From Bugula neritina (taxonomy: Eukaryota > Animalia > Bryozoa): a DNA stretch of 64,000 nucleotides. Below the pieces are notes generated by a model. That model did no database searches. It worked only from the letters and a program-made list of their open reading frames with translations, and had not been told where the DNA came from. Location of the stretch: the NCBI GenBank assembly GCA_964035545.1, contig OZ037767.1, positions 15,194,998-15,258,997 on the forward strand, given 5' to 3'. Below, piece by piece: positions 40,901-55,874 of the stretch. How positions within the stretch are numbered: position 1 is the stretch's first letter; every line of letters starts with the position of its first letter. Made by a program: the position numbers and the translations under genes.

Positions 40901-43900
40901 ATTTAGGCTGTTTAAGCTTTTCTACTATTGCTCCTATATATGTAGGCAACTTTTTATATCATGGTAATACAATTCTGGTATGCTTGCAATTGAATGAGAA
41001 GTTTCTGATTGATACATAATTCTTTCATGTAGCAGGCTTGCAATAGCTGTAAGCCATTTTGCTAATGGCTCAAACGGTGGCCAGCCATTCATGTGCAGTG
41101 ACAAGGTGCTGCTATTTTTAGCTGAAATGAGCTCATGGTTTGAATTTAAATGCTATATTACTTGTCACTGATAAGTAACTTAGTTAAGCTATTTTATAAA
41201 AACAGCTTTAAATAGTCAAATATGTAACCGGATTCAGCATGATGTAATGTCTATAATGAGTATTCAATTCACAATTTTTTTTTAATACAACTGCATCTCA
41301 AATAACCATAACTATGGTGTTCGTGTATTTGAGTACAAGTTTCTGTACACATATACTGTTCATTTCCTTTACTCGCTTATAACAATTTATAGTGTTGGTA
41401 GCTTACTAGGTTTTGCACTTTCAGTCTACTAATTCAGTAAGAGCTTCACTACAGTTTAAACTTTAAAGCTAATGCAGCAGTATACAGACATCAGAAATAC
41501 TAAGCCTAGCTTGTTTGTATTGAAGATGTGACTTCTAATCTAATTAGGTTACAACTAAAGGAGTGGAGTATAGTTGTGGTATTATTAAGGGTGTTCAAAA
41601 CTTTACCAATTATTTTTTTTATAAAAACAATAATAAAATAAATAAATAACTGTTTTTTTAAGTAAGTCATTATTTTTAAAACAATATGTTTAATTTTATA
41701 TCAATGACTAAATTGCATGCTATCACTATAATGCTTTCAAAAAGCACGTAGAACGTTTATAATTTACATCCACTCCTGGATAGGCTACCCTAGTCATTCC
41801 ACAGCTGCAGTGCGCTGCCTTCAAATAAACCGCTCTGTGTAATATAATACGTAGCTATAAGCGTTACTGATCTCGCCCAGATTGATCTGTTACTAGTAAA
41901 AGCTAGCTCAGTAAATAAAATATTCGATATTAAATTACAATCTGCAAAGTGAACGTGCCAACTGGCGATGGGATTATCATGATAAAATTGAGTGAAGAAC
42001 ATCTCTTACCTCTCGAACCTAGGATGAAGGTGTGTACTTTGATTAACTTTAGGAGTTTAACTTCAAGGGTAAGTGAGTACTATAAGTACTACTGCCTCCT
42101 TCAGCAAATTCACATAGTTTTAATTTATATTGCTTGCAAGCAATAATTTAACAATTATACTTAATTTTATAGTATTTGTATAGTTGTACTATTAATATAT
42201 TACAGTAGGCCTATACTGTGTATTACTATTACTATTATAACTGTATTATTATTAGCATTGTGCAGTATCACTAAACTTCAAGTTTGAGTTTTATGTTCAA
42301 TAAATGCATAGTAATACTAATAGTCATAGTGATGTAAAACTAGATCAAAATTGTCAGTTGGTTTTATTATTATAATTATGTAATGAACTTTAAGAAAATT
42401 ATCCAAATTTATTACTGGCCATAACTTTTTTCAAATTATTTAGAGTTCTGTGGTTGAGTATAGTCACATAGAAAATATATTTTTGCACTGAAGAGTTTCT
42501 GTTAAGTAATTCTAATTGTACTTATACTTGCAGCATACCAAATTACATTTACATTGAGTGACCAACTTAAAATATAAGCAATGCATATGTTTCAAAAGAA
42601 TTGTATAGTCATCATGTAGGCCATATATAATGGGGAATTATTTGAAAAATGCAATCTTAAGGGAGCATTCATCCTAATAATTTTAATTATGAGCTGTGTC
42701 TTTTAAACAGTTACCAGCAGCTTTTATGTAATTACGGTATAAGTAGACGTTACAAAATATAGACTATTATAGTACTAACTGTGGTGTATGAGCATGTTAA
42801 TTCAAATTGAAAATGTTGGAAATTACTTTTGCATGTATTGAGAAAACTGGTATTTGTATTTTAGATGAAGTGGACTACTAGATGATCAGGTTTTGTCAAA
42901 GAAATGCTAGTATGTCTTCTCAGGACATCCTTTCTATAATGTCAGCTGCAGCTCTTATAGGATCTTTAGATTCTCTACTTCACTCTACTCTTTTTTTTAT
43001 ATTTCAAAAAGGATAATACTCTACAATTGACACCTATATCTCAAGACTCTACCTGTGGAAATAGGACTTTTATCAAAGGATATAAAAACTAAAATTAAAC
43101 TTAAAATAATCGGTAGGACTAATCACCCTAGCAATGTGTCTTTTGGTTAGGCTTTTGCAACTTGATTTCCTATAGATTCTGCTTCTTTACAAAGTCAGTC
43201 TTGCCATTATTCATTATTTAACGTTTGAGAAAAACAATTAGGAAACTAACCAATTATTTCCCCCATGTTTGTAATATACGTATAGGATGTATTTCTATAA
43301 AAAGACCTGACTTGCTCCTTCACAATAGTTCACAGCTGTTATACCTTCTGCATGTTCAATTTATTTATTGAACTTGTTACTTCTATGCCTGATCATACAG
43401 ATATAAAATAATTATGTTATGCTGTAAGATCCACACTGATTTTTGTTGTGATCTTTAGTAATGGCTATTTAGTGTTTAAATAAATCTGGTTGATTTGTTA
43501 CACATGCCTAAATTCTTAAGTCAATTCTTGTTATGGAATATTATATCTGCAGTATCAAAATATGGCAGATAGGCTAATGCATCGCTAATATTTGAGCTGA
43601 TTTAATGACACCTATCAGACTGGAAAAAATCTGAATCCTCAATGGATATCTTTTATATTATCTTAAGGAGGCTTTCTTTTCAAAATCTCAATACTTGCCT
43701 AGCTAAGATTAAAACTTTTCATCTTGACTGTTTAACTCGGGCAAGCATGGTGTCAGTCAGTCTAACTAGACACAGCTTTTTCTATTAGATGCTAAATTTA
43801 GAAACATAAAACAGTTGATAATCTTAGCTCTGAGTTGGTATACAAGTCCATAATATCATGCTTGAGTGAACACTGCGTTAGCAGTTGACAGCAGTGCCCA

Positions 43901-45086
43901 GTAGCCCAGTGTTAAGCAACAAGATATAGCTCATAGTTAATTTGGACATTCAGCTAGAAGCCATGTAGGCTTGATTGGACTCTTCAGAGTTTAGACTGTA
44001 TACAACAGGAAGCAAATAGAATATTTATAGCACAGGCTCACGTTCTAACCTTTTATATATAAGTTCCAACTCACTTCAATGAGTGTTGATTAATGCTTGT
44101 ACTAGTACCAAAGGGACAACACGAGTACTATAGCTTTATTAGAAACTTGCAGCAATCAAATCCTTTACCCAAACTCAAAGCAGTCACACAAAATACTGCA
44201 TATCTGCCCCTTACAGCTACCAATAAATTCGCACACACATAACTATCTTACCTACACAAGTCTCTTTACTATGCTAAGCTATTGGGCCGTCTGTAACTGA
44301 TAGTAAGAGTCAGCACTAAGCAGTCAATTTTAGTTTTTAGTTAATGCAACTAAAAATGATTTTAATAATAAAGGTATTATTGGTTTAAGGTTAGTCAATA
44401 GTATTGAGCAGATATATATAAATAGTCTAGCCTGAAAACATTATGTTTTGAGAAGAGAGCATCTCTCTAAACTATTTGTTGCATCTGCATTCTAAGTTAT
44501 TTAAATAATATCTGCATTATCATTTCAAAAGTTATAGTCAATAATTATTTCATTAGACTAGCCAAATAGATAAATATTGAGTAAAAGTATAAACATTTAG
44601 CTTGCTTCCAGAATCTGAACTAGTTTTACATTGTTCGCTGAACAGAAGTGATGAAAATCATCTGTTTTTGTGCATCAAGTATATTATTGTACATGAAATG
44701 AACCATGCACCAGCCTGTTGTAACAATGTGATGGTGAGGCGTGCCACGATCACGTGCTTGCTCAATAGATAGTGATAATGGTTGCAATGGAAATATAGGC
44801 GCAGCCCTAGCTAATGTGTTGGTTTGTTAGCAATTGTTCAACCTCATGCTAAATTATAACAAGTAGGCAATACGCATGCCGCCCACAGAGCATTAGCATT
44901 AAGGAACTGAGACTAGATTATGAGATGATTTTTTGCTGGGGATGACCTTAACTATGCTGTGAAGAAGCTCTGAACATTAGTGAAATTAGTATTTCATTAT
45001 CAGAAGTGGTTGGTGCGTGTATATTAGTAAATGACTATACTGTATTCCATGTGTGCATATAACTATTCAAAAGACTCTCTAAAAAT

Positions 45087-45406
<320 letters not shown>

Positions 45407-45440
45407 AAGTAAACAAAGAATTTGTTATATCAGAGTAGAG

Positions 45441-48400
45441 ATGAAGAATATTCTAGAAATATACGCTTTGATTCTCCTGATACAACATGTGACTACTTCA
45501 GAATACATGGGATGTTATAAAGATAAAGGAGAGAGAGCATTGCCTTTAGTCACTAAAGTTACTAATATGACGATAGACTTTTGTATAGGCTACTGCATCT
45601 ATAGAGGTAAGGAGAATATGACGTAAGGCTGTTTTTCTATTTAATATATTATACCGTAATTATATAAACTTTATTACATATGTAATGTATTAAAATTGTG
45701 ATTTTTTTTACACCAATTATGTGACTAATATTACCTTTTTCCTAAACATAATAAGCATATATTAATATTATATTATATTCTCAAACAGCAATTATATTTT
45801 TATTATGTTGTTCTCATCCAGCTCTATAATACTTATGGCATCTTGATATTTAATTATTTTTGTACAGCAACTATATAAACATTATATAATTCTTGTATAT
45901 AGTAGTTATATAAATGTTACATTATTATTGTTTGTTTTTGTTTGTTTGTTTTCTTTATTTCCATCAAAAAAAAACAAAAGGACAAAAAAAAATACAAATA
46001 TACAACAGTAACACAAAAGGAGCTAAATTCAATTTATATATAATATCAATTGAAGTCAAGATGGGGGCCCATGTGCTCAGTAGCATAGCTATTCAAGGAG
46101 CGGGGCCCAAGTGGCAGTTGAAAAAATAGTGGGAACTATTTATTCAGATTAAGTTAAAGATTTTAGTAGGTGCTTTTTCAACAATATTTTAAATGTGGCA
46201 AAGCTTTGATGATGTCTTAAAGTCAGAGGTAGCTTATTCCAATTGCTAGACATCTGGTAGGACACTTGACGATGTATATTAGATATATAAACATTATATC
46301 ATTATTCTATTGTAATTATATAAATGCTATCTGTATATTTTAGGCCAGAGGTATGCTGGTTTTCAGGATGGCAGAGAATGCTTCTGTGGTACAACCTTTG
46401 ACCTCTATGGAGCTCTAGACGAATCAAGTTGTAGCAGTAGTTGCCCAGGGAATACGAATCAAAAGTGTGGGGGACGATGGGCAAACAGTGTATACAGAGC
46501 ACTGTCAGGTATGATGAGACATTTTCAAATAAAATGAGAAAGGTTTTTAGGTAATACATGAAATTGAATTTTTTTAATCTTCAAAAGACTTATCAAATTT
46601 TATTTAACCAAGTATTTAATTTCACAGACGATTGTTATTCTAAAAAATCGGCTGAAAGATATGGAGTGCCAAATGGTCAAAAATTGCTTATTATTGCATC
46701 TCATATGCTTATAATAAAGTATCTAACCATTATTCTCTCTCATATGCTCACAAAACGCTCTCATTGATCTATAATTTGCTCTCATACCCTTATTATTTGT
46801 GCTCTTAGGTCTATTATTTGGTCTCATACTGTCATTATTCATTCCCATACCCTTATTTCTCTTCCTTTTATGCTCATTATTCAGTCCCATACCTCCATTA
46901 TGCACTCTCATACCCCTATTATTTGCTCTGTTATAGACATTCATTCTCTTATGCTTATTATTCTCTCTCATACCCTTATTACTGTCTTGCTTTTGCGCTT
47001 GATTCTGACTCACTAGTATTCGTGTACACGTCACAATAGTTGAGTATATGCCAGTCTATTCGGGTCACACTACTAAGCTCCACCCCATTTATCAAATCTG
47101 ATTGGATAACTGCAATGACACTAAGCCTAGGGCCACACTGTGCGTATTTTCGAATGCGAAAATTAAAATCACAAGTAGCAAAGGTGTCCACTGTGCGCGT
47201 TGAGAAAACATTCGCACTTGTCGCTCTGCATTTTCAACGCAAGTGCGAATCGTCTCTGTCATCGTCACCTAATTGGCTGGTAGTTATTCAGCGAGCCCAA
47301 TTTCTTTATTTAGTGCTATATTCCAGTAAATTGCGTTTTATTGAAAGCTAGTGCGATTTAAAAATGAAAGCTTTATTTATCACGCATCACTGACGCTACA
47401 GTGGACACCTTTGCTACTTGTGATTTTAATTTTCGCATGCGAAAATACGCACAGTGTGGCCCTAGGCTTAGTGTCATTGCAGTTATCCAATCAGATTTGA
47501 TAAATGGGGTGGAGCTTAGTAGTGTGACCCGAATAGACTGGCATATACTCAACTATTGTGACGTGTACACGAATACTAGTGAGTCAGAATCAGGCGCAAA
47601 AGCAAGACAGTAATAAGGGTATGAGAGAGAATAATAAGCATAAGGGAATAAATAATGTCTATAACAGAGCAAATAATAGGGGTATGAGAGTGCATAATGG
47701 AGGTATGGGACTGAATAATGAGCATAAAAGGAAGAGAGATAAGGGTATGGGAATGAATAATGACAGTATGAGACCAAATAATAGACCTAAGAGCACAAAA
47801 AATAAGGGTATGGGAGCAAATTATAGACCAATGAGAGTATTTTGTGAGCATATGAGAGAGAATAATGGTTAGATACTTTATTATAAGCATATGAGATGCA
47901 ATAATAAGGGAATTTTTGACCATTTGGCACTCCATAGATAGAGAAATAGCTTTTAAAGGAATATTTAAATAATTAAACTCAATTAAGAAAGTTTGAATGA
48001 TTTGACCTTGCTTCTGACAAAAAATATTAATACCATAATTATTTAATTATTAACAAATAGTAATTTGTTTAATCTATAGCTACATTGTTTATTTTATTTC
48101 CACACTCTTGTAAGCAACAGTATGGTATAGTACAGTATTCATGTTTTTTGGTAAATTGTGTAAAATTTTTGTAACTTTATGGTAAATTATAATAACTTTG
48201 CTACTTTCAATATGCTAAATAAGTGTACATATCTTTATTATGTCCAAGTTTGCTGACTTAGATAATTATGTATGTTTTAAGATATATGTAATACATATAT
48301 AGTTTTAGTAATACTTTCTTCTGTGTTTTTGTGGGTTTCTAGAATCATACTTTTATTGTTACACCATTTATTATTATACTATTTTTAGAAAATGTCAAAA

Positions 48401-49632
48401 CACGAAAAAACAAACCCGCAAACTTAGTCCACATCAGAAATATTGAAGTTAGAGAAATAAGTGATGCCATCATATCCTTTATCGAACATCCGGCTGATTC
48501 TACTAAAATATTAGCAGCTACATCAAAACAACTTGTAGAGATCAATCACCATGGAGACTGTATAGCAGTAGCTGGTGTGCAGCTACAAGGTTGTGCCTAT
48601 CAATCGAATGAATTTTTTTTTTCCTCAATCGGTCATTTTATTTATGCCCATTTCACCAAACTGAAAGTCTCTCACAGTCTTTTCAACAAATCAGCCATTT
48701 TGGTTGCTGATGAAGGTAATCACTGCGTAAAGTTTCTCATTCTACAAGACTTATCATCTTTTGAGTTTGACAATTCAATAAATGACTACCATGTTGGTAA
48801 GTGTGGATCTTTTAAAAAAGAACTTTTGACTGAAAATCTTCAAAATTTAATTGATCCTAAAGAAATGGAGCTGAACAGCCCAAAACATCTTACTCTGTAC
48901 CATGACTCTGAGACTATCAGACTGGTTGTTAACTGTGTGCTGACTGAAGTATACTCTGTTATTGTTAGTATCTATCCAACTCACACTGTAGCATATGAGT
49001 ACAGTGGACACCCTGGGTATGTAACTGATGTTTCTGAAAATCTCTATTGGCCATTATTTCGATCAAAAGGATTGAAAAGTCTTTCAGCTGATAACAGCAC
49101 TTCATTAAACCAAATCCTTGTCGTTAATGGGAGTTACACAACTACTGCAAATTATTATTGTGATTCCAGGAACAGTTCTGCTATTCCCAGACTGTTTCAA
49201 AGTTGGCCTTTAGTAATTGCAAATGGTGAATTGAAATCCCTGGTTTATAATTCGACAAGCAGTGAAATCAAACTAACTAACATAAATATTGCTAATCTTT
49301 CTACAAAAACATCCCCTGAGTTTAACCTGTTCACTACAACAAAGGAATCCAATCATATTATTCTCTACAGTCAAAGCCTAAAGAAATTTTATTATGCAAA
49401 AGCATTTTCTCGCTATCGGAAAATTCTGGAAATGTCCTGTAGTAAATATGTTATAGAAAAAGCAATTGTGGGTGGACCTGAAAGTTGTGCTTACATCTGT
49501 AGTAAATATGGTAGTCTGTGTGTTGCTTTTTCTGTTAATGATTATGATAATTCTTGCTACATTCATGACCACTTCGACTTGGCCGATGCCTACATATCTA
49601 ATGACTCAGCTTGTTATTTATCTATATCATAA
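45441..49632 (+). CDS. WSC-NHL-PAN family copy C, complete, 524-aa secreted protein
   Basis: Exons 45441-45606, 46344-46508 and 48389-49632 (1575 nt, canonical GT-AG, phase-1 introns). Signal-like [20 protein letters not shown]; [37 protein letters not shown]...CPGN...[10 protein letters not shown]; NHL-like [10 protein letters not shown] and LNSPKHL; PAN-like ESCAYIC..CVAFS..CYIH. Confidence 0.9.
45925..46275 (-). mobile_element. 5'-truncated L2/CR1-group LINE 3' end in intron 1 of copy C
   Basis: The minus strand encodes [33 protein letters not shown], a typical ORF2 C-terminus. It is followed by a GGGCCCC..GGGCCCC stem, AATAAA and a (CAAA)n-like tail. Confidence 0.7.
46660..47936. mobile_element. 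1.28-kb non-autonomous foldback DNA element with ~535-bp near-identical TIRs, in intron 2 of copy C
   Basis: 46660-47194 is the reverse complement of 47398-47936 (TATGGAGTGCCAAATGGTCAAAAATT..). The arms contain ~21-bp subrepeats. Flanked by GA..GA (or a TA TSD if the element starts TGGAG). The mirrored ORFs in the track confirm the symmetry. Confidence 0.9.
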
Positions 49633-49793
49633 TTATAACATATAATTGCATAGTTGAACACCACTTTCTGATGACAACATTGATGATGCTTTACTCTAAC
49701 TTATGTTAATTTTTAATAATCATAATTATATTATTTTCATTCACTTAAATATTTTATGGAAATGATACACAGTGGTTTTTAAAAATTATATGT

Positions 49794-49795
<2 letters not shown>

Positions 49796-49863
<68 letters not shown>
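49796..49863. repeat. (TA)n microsatellite downstream of copy C
   Basis: Pure TA run. Confidence 0.97.
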
Positions 49864-49867
<4 letters not shown>

Positions 49868-50304
49868 TACTATATATACAGAGTCTATACTATTTATTAC
49901 AGACGGTAGATTGCTATATTATATTTGTGTATCAACAAATCAATAAAATAAAAATCGAAGATATTGTTTATTTGAAGCTTTTTTGGAAATTTATTATAAA
50001 TATTTGTAGGTTGTGTAATTACTGATCTATAAATAATATTTATAACAGATGGTTTTATTATAATTTTTAGGTGATATTGTTTTAAAGAACATAATATGTA
50101 TTAATTCAATCAAATTTATTTGACTCACAAGAAAATGCAGCACAATTATTTGTGAATTAAAAACTTCTTATTAAATAAAGATTGAGTAATAACCAAATCA
50201 GTATATTTTAACTATTGGTACTTATATAAGAGAGTAAGTTAAACAGAAACGTTCATCTTTGCACAGATACTTGCAAGAATATCTATATATAGTGTATATA
50301 GAAC

Positions 50305-50510
50305 TTTATAGATATAGAAAAGTTATAGATATAGAATAGTTATAGATATAGAATAAGTATAAATATTAAATAGTTATAAATATAGAATAGTTATACATTA
50401 GATATAAAATAGTTATAGATATAAAATAGTTATAGATATAGAATAAGTATAAATATTAAATAGTTATAAATATAGAATAGTTATAGATATAAAATAGTTA
50501 TAGATATAGA
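50305..50510. repeat. ~17-bp minisatellite (ATAGTTATAGATATAGA)
   Basis: About 11 degenerate copies with a repeated higher-order block. Confidence 0.85.
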
Positions 50511-52877
50511 AGTGCAGCAGTCAATAATTTAAACAACTTTACAAACACATCATTATATATTATATACACAAACATTCACCAGATATATTTAATACTTTAT
50601 GATGCACATGGTCAAACATGCAATTAATATTGCTAATATTTGCTTATAAATACAATCATACTAATATTGTTTACATGACTGCATTTGTTGAAAAGAATGG
50701 TAATAACAGTTATAAAAGACAATTAAAATTTTTTACTGGGTTATGTAATATACTTTGTTTATCTGTTGCTTTTAATTACCAAATATCTAAAATAATATTT
50801 TAATGAACACAAAGTTATTCACTGTTTTACAAATTTGTTTTCTTATGATCAATAGGTTTTTCCACACTTTTTAAATCTGTAAAACAAAAATTTTTTGATT
50901 TAATAACTAAATATTAAACAGTGTCTGTTTACTTTTTTAAAAATAGACAGTGTTTATTTTAATCATTCTCAAGAAACTTAATTAGGTAAAAAGTAAATTA
51001 TTAAAAATTGAAAAACAATTGCCAAATCCAAGATACATCAATTCAATATTACATTTAAATTTATAAGACAAATGACTTTTTGTTTTTGATGATAGATTTT
51101 TGTGTTTCATTATGCAAGCTCTTTTGTAAAAAATGTTTTTATAGTTATTAATATATTTTAAGAAATGATTACAGTTTCAAAAGTGGTCAAATTACTGCAG
51201 CTGTTTGGCTTCAGTGAAACGACTCTTGTTGCTTAAAGCTAATGGGCTTTGAAATTATGTTTGTTATAGAAGGATTATTAATATAAATATCTAAAGGAGC
51301 TTATAGACTAAAACTTAGTGCCTTGTAATTAAATATTATTTTACAGATATCCTATAAAGACTGACATATAACTCACAACAAAAAAGCTTTCATGTTTGAA
51401 TATTGGAACTGAAAATTATTGATTAATTTTTAATTTTTAATATATAAACAAAACATGGAAGTTTACCATACATTTAAAATTTTTAAGCTACAAAGCAACA
51501 CTAAGTGCAACAATTTCAGACCAGCTATAGAGATCAAATCTTGAAGACTAAAATTATCCAATCTTGTCAAGATACTAAAATCAGGTATTATGATAAATAC
51601 ATATATATATCTACATTTAGCTTTCTATGTTTCACCTTTTACATACAGTTTATAGGCTTTATGATTTATAAATTTTATATTATATTCCACATTTTACACT
51701 CTATATTTTATATTCTGATTTTTTGTATCGCATATTTAGTATTTTATGCTCTACGTTTCACCTTCCAGGTGTGACATTCTACATTTCAAGTTCTACATTT
51801 TGTATTCTAAATACCTATCGTATCATATTAGAGGTAATGTCTTATATATTTTAGTAAAGTGAGCGTAATATCACAGCCTCGCACTTGAAGTATAAATTTT
51901 ATAAGAATGTAAGATGTTATAAAATTAGTTGGGTGATAAAGTTTGAAAATGTACAATAGCATGAAGTTAATAATTATTCTAGTATTGATGAGCCATAAGT
52001 TTATTTTACAAGTTGTTTTTATTATGAGCTGATACGTTTATTCCTATATAAGCGTTACAAGTGTTAGGATTGTTAGAATAACAAAAAAATAGTTTTTCTC
52101 TGTAAATTATTAAAACGAGATCTTGAAATTATTAATTGAAAGTTTTTTAGGAGTTTATTCAAACTTAATATAGTTTTATAAAACAGGTTTAGTAGTTATC
52201 ATGTTTAACTTGGAAACCTAAGAAACTTTTATTTAATAATACATTTCAAAATGTTAAGATATTATTCTTTACTAAAATGCCTATATTGTATATAAGGCAA
52301 TAACATTTTGCAAATTTTTATTAGCAGATGACAATTTAAATACCAATACGTTCTTATTTACACTATAATGGTGCCATCCCAGCTAGGTAGACGCTATTTT
52401 TTATTTTGGTACCATATAACTATATATATAGTAATGTATCCCTATATAAAATATATACCTAAATAACTGTTGTATTGATTGCTAAATAGCTAAAATGCTA
52501 ATAGCCATACTATATAATAGGTAACATGAATTATCTGAAATAATATTCTAATTTTCACAGATTTGTGTGGGACAGAAAATAGTATAATAGACATTATAAT
52601 AGACATTACCTTTAATTAATGAATACTCATTAACATAATATCTGTTCAAACAAGGAGCAAAATATATTCAAAATTGATGTTAATGCAAATCAAAGAAATT
52701 AATAATGTGCTAAATATGTGCTTCATTTAAATATACATATATATTTCAATAATATTAAAATAAATTGCACATAAAATATATATTATACCAAAATAAATAA
52801 TTAGCGTCTAACTGAGAAGCGTCTATCTAGGATAACACAAGAACAAACTGTTTTTATTACTAGCAGCTGTCTAGAAG

Positions 52878-55874
52878 ATGCATCAATATTTGATGTGTAT
52901 AGCACTGGTTCCTATAGTTTATGGTTCAGTGTACATGGGTTGTTACAAGGACACCTCAACTAGAGCTCTACCATTGAGGTATGATTCTAATGACATGACA
53001 GTCGACCTTTGTATTGGCTACTGCATTTACAGAGGTTAGTATTCCATTCACTTACTAAGTTGATTTTTTACAATATAGTGAAATTACAACCTATGAAGCA
53101 GAGCTAATAAATTAGCCATCAATTTAGGAGTAACTCACAATATCTTGAAACTTCCAAAGGAATTGCAATTATCCTGACATAAGATTGCTACATACTTATA
53201 CGTAAAATTATTGCTGTGCTTGCTTTAAAATTTAGACATTTTACCTGAGCTACAGGTATTTAAATAGGGCCATGCAGTTGGTATCTATAGCATAGTAAGT
53301 CGCAGTGGTCTAGGGGTCAGAGCGTTTGCCTACAAGTAAGCACAAAGTAATGGGTTTGAGCCCCATTATAAGCCAGTAGCGATGTTAGGAAGAGCATCCA
53401 GTCATAATTGCTCCTGTGCCTCATATGAATAAGTCTTAAGCCAGCTTTAACAAAAACCCCTTCTATCAGAGATCTTCTCATAGGTATGGTGACTATAAAC
53501 TTGTGTGAGTTGGTATATATTAGCATGTGTGCACATAATAATATATCCAAGAAAATTTGCATGTCGCAATATATATTGAATATCTATATAACTTTGAAAT
53601 CTATAGCTAACTAGTTGTTTGATTGGCTATAAATATCATATTACAGTAAATTATTTAAAGTGAATTGATTATATCAAATTAATATGTTAGCAAGCATATA
53701 AAAGTCAACTAATATTAATAATCGCCTTAGTTGTAAACTGATTCAAAAAATGTAAATAAATCAATAGAGAAAGTTTATGCATACAAGCAATTAGCTGCTT
53801 GTTATATTTGTTCAGTAAGTGTAAATATTATACATGTTCAGAAACTGCTTGCTTAAATTTAGCTAATTAATAGCAAGTATAAACATTTTGTTATTTATAT
53901 AAATGCTATGATATTAAGTTTATCAGAGGAAAATTCAATTACACAATTATTTGACTAGTCCTAAAAAAGTTTATGAATATTAAACTTAATTAAAGAATGC
54001 TCAAATAATAGTTTTTTAATCAAAGTTTTATTCACATTAACTAGAAAGCCCAGCTCTCTATCACTATATAGCCATGATATATTTGCTAAAATTTTGGGAA
54101 AAAGTAATTATGTTATAATGGCAAAATTGCTACTTATGTTTTCTAGTACATATATATGCTCATTAAACCATAATTTCTATTCAAATAAAATGTTGACATG
54201 AATATTAATCAACCCTGCTGGTATTTCAAGGTCACCCCTACGCTGGTTTGCAGACGGATGACACTTGTTTCTGTGGAAGTGAGTACGACAAGTATGGAGT
54301 TGGTGAAGAAACGAGCTGCAGAGACCCTTGTAAAGGAAATACTAGTCAGATATGTGGAGGAGGCTGGAGAAACAGTGTCTATAAAATAACTGGGAAAGGT
54401 ACATAAAAAATCAACTCAAATTGAAATTGAACAATTACATTTCAATGCAAATAAGGAAAATAAAAATATTTTTGATGCTTATTTACTATTATTTTAAAGC
54501 CTAAAAATTTGTATATTTGTACCTAAATTTTAATAAGATTTTAATCGTAAAATATGCTTAGATTTAAAGTCACTTCAACAATGTATCAAACAGCTGAATT
54601 TTGTTCAAATTATATATACTGTAGAAAAGAATGAATCTAGCCAAAGTGTATCAAGACCCATTCGCTATGTCGGCAAAATTGAAGTTGGAGAAATGACTGA
54701 TGACATCATATCCTTTATTGAACATCCAACTGATTCTACTAAAATAATGGCAGCTACATCAAAACAACTTGTAGAGATCAATCATCATGGAGACTGTACA
54801 GTAGTAGCTGGTGTGCAGCTGCAAGGTTGTTTGCATACGCAAAACTCACTTTCATTTGCTTCCATCAGTCATATTTTTTATGCTCACTTCACTGATCTGA
54901 ATTTACATCACTTCCTGTTTAACAAGTCTGTCATCTTGGTGGCTGATGAAGGTGACCATTGCATTAAATTCTTTGAATTTCAACAGAAACCTTTGTTCTC
55001 TAATTTTCAAACCTACAAAATTGGCAATTGTGGACTTCCACAAGTATCCCCTTTGTTAGCTGATAAAGTTCGACACTTTAGTGAACCTCAGGCAATCATG
55101 CTGAACACCCCAAAACATCTTTCTCTGTACCATGACTCTGAGACTATCAGACTGGTTGTTAACTGTGTGCTGACTGAAGTATACTCTGTTATTGTTAGTA
55201 TCTATCCAACTCACACTGTAGCATATGAGTACAGTGGACACCCCGGGTACGTTATTACCGACATGTTAAATCATTTTGATTTTCCAATGATGAAATCACA
55301 GGGATTTAGCAGTGTGGAAAACAAAAGTGATTTAGCAAAGGTTGATTTGCATATTGAGGATAATCTTGGCAAATTAATCGGGGTTTATTTTTATTTTTGT
55401 GAGTCAACTATTAGTTCAGAAGTTCCCAGACTGTTAAATGATTTGCCAACAATATTATTGAGTGGTAAAATTCAGTATTTGATTTACAATCATACTAGTC
55501 AGGAGCTGTTCATACGGAATTTACAAATTTTACATCTTCCTCTGGAAGCAGAGTCTAAACTGAGTCAATATACTGTAGCACGTGATTCTCTCATACTCTA
55601 CAGTCAAAGCCTGAAAACATTTTATTTCACAAAGAAATATTTTCAATATCAGAGAGTTAGTGAGAGTCAGTGTAGTCATTCTATTATACAAAAGTTACAG
55701 GTGAATGGAGCTGAATCTTGTGCTTATGTCTGCTTTAAATATGGCAACCTTTGTGTTTACTTTTCATTTAATAGTGTAGACAACTTCTGTTATATTCATA
55801 ATGAGGTCAGCAATACTAGTTTCATTACTACTCCAGGTTTCTACTGTTACACATCTTTAAATTATATATTTTAA
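52878..55874 (+). CDS. WSC-NHL-PAN family copy D, complete, 524-aa secreted protein
   Basis: Exons 52878-53034 ([45 protein letters not shown]), 54231-54398 and 54625-55874. Total 1575 nt, GT-AG, phase-1 introns at the same positions as copy C. Confidence 0.9.
53299..53445 (+). mobile_element. tRNA-derived SINE fragment in intron 1 of copy D
   Basis: A-box-like TGGTCTAGGGG and B-box-like GGTTTGAGCCC, followed by GTTAGGAAGAGCATCCAGTC, which resembles a conserved central domain of invertebrate SINEs. Confidence 0.5.

Noticed and set aside
46723-47935. Mirrored ORF pairs ([10 protein letters not shown].., MDTFATCDF.., MVSYCHYS..)
   Set aside because: By-products of the inverted repeat and its 21-bp subrepeats; no recognisable domain.
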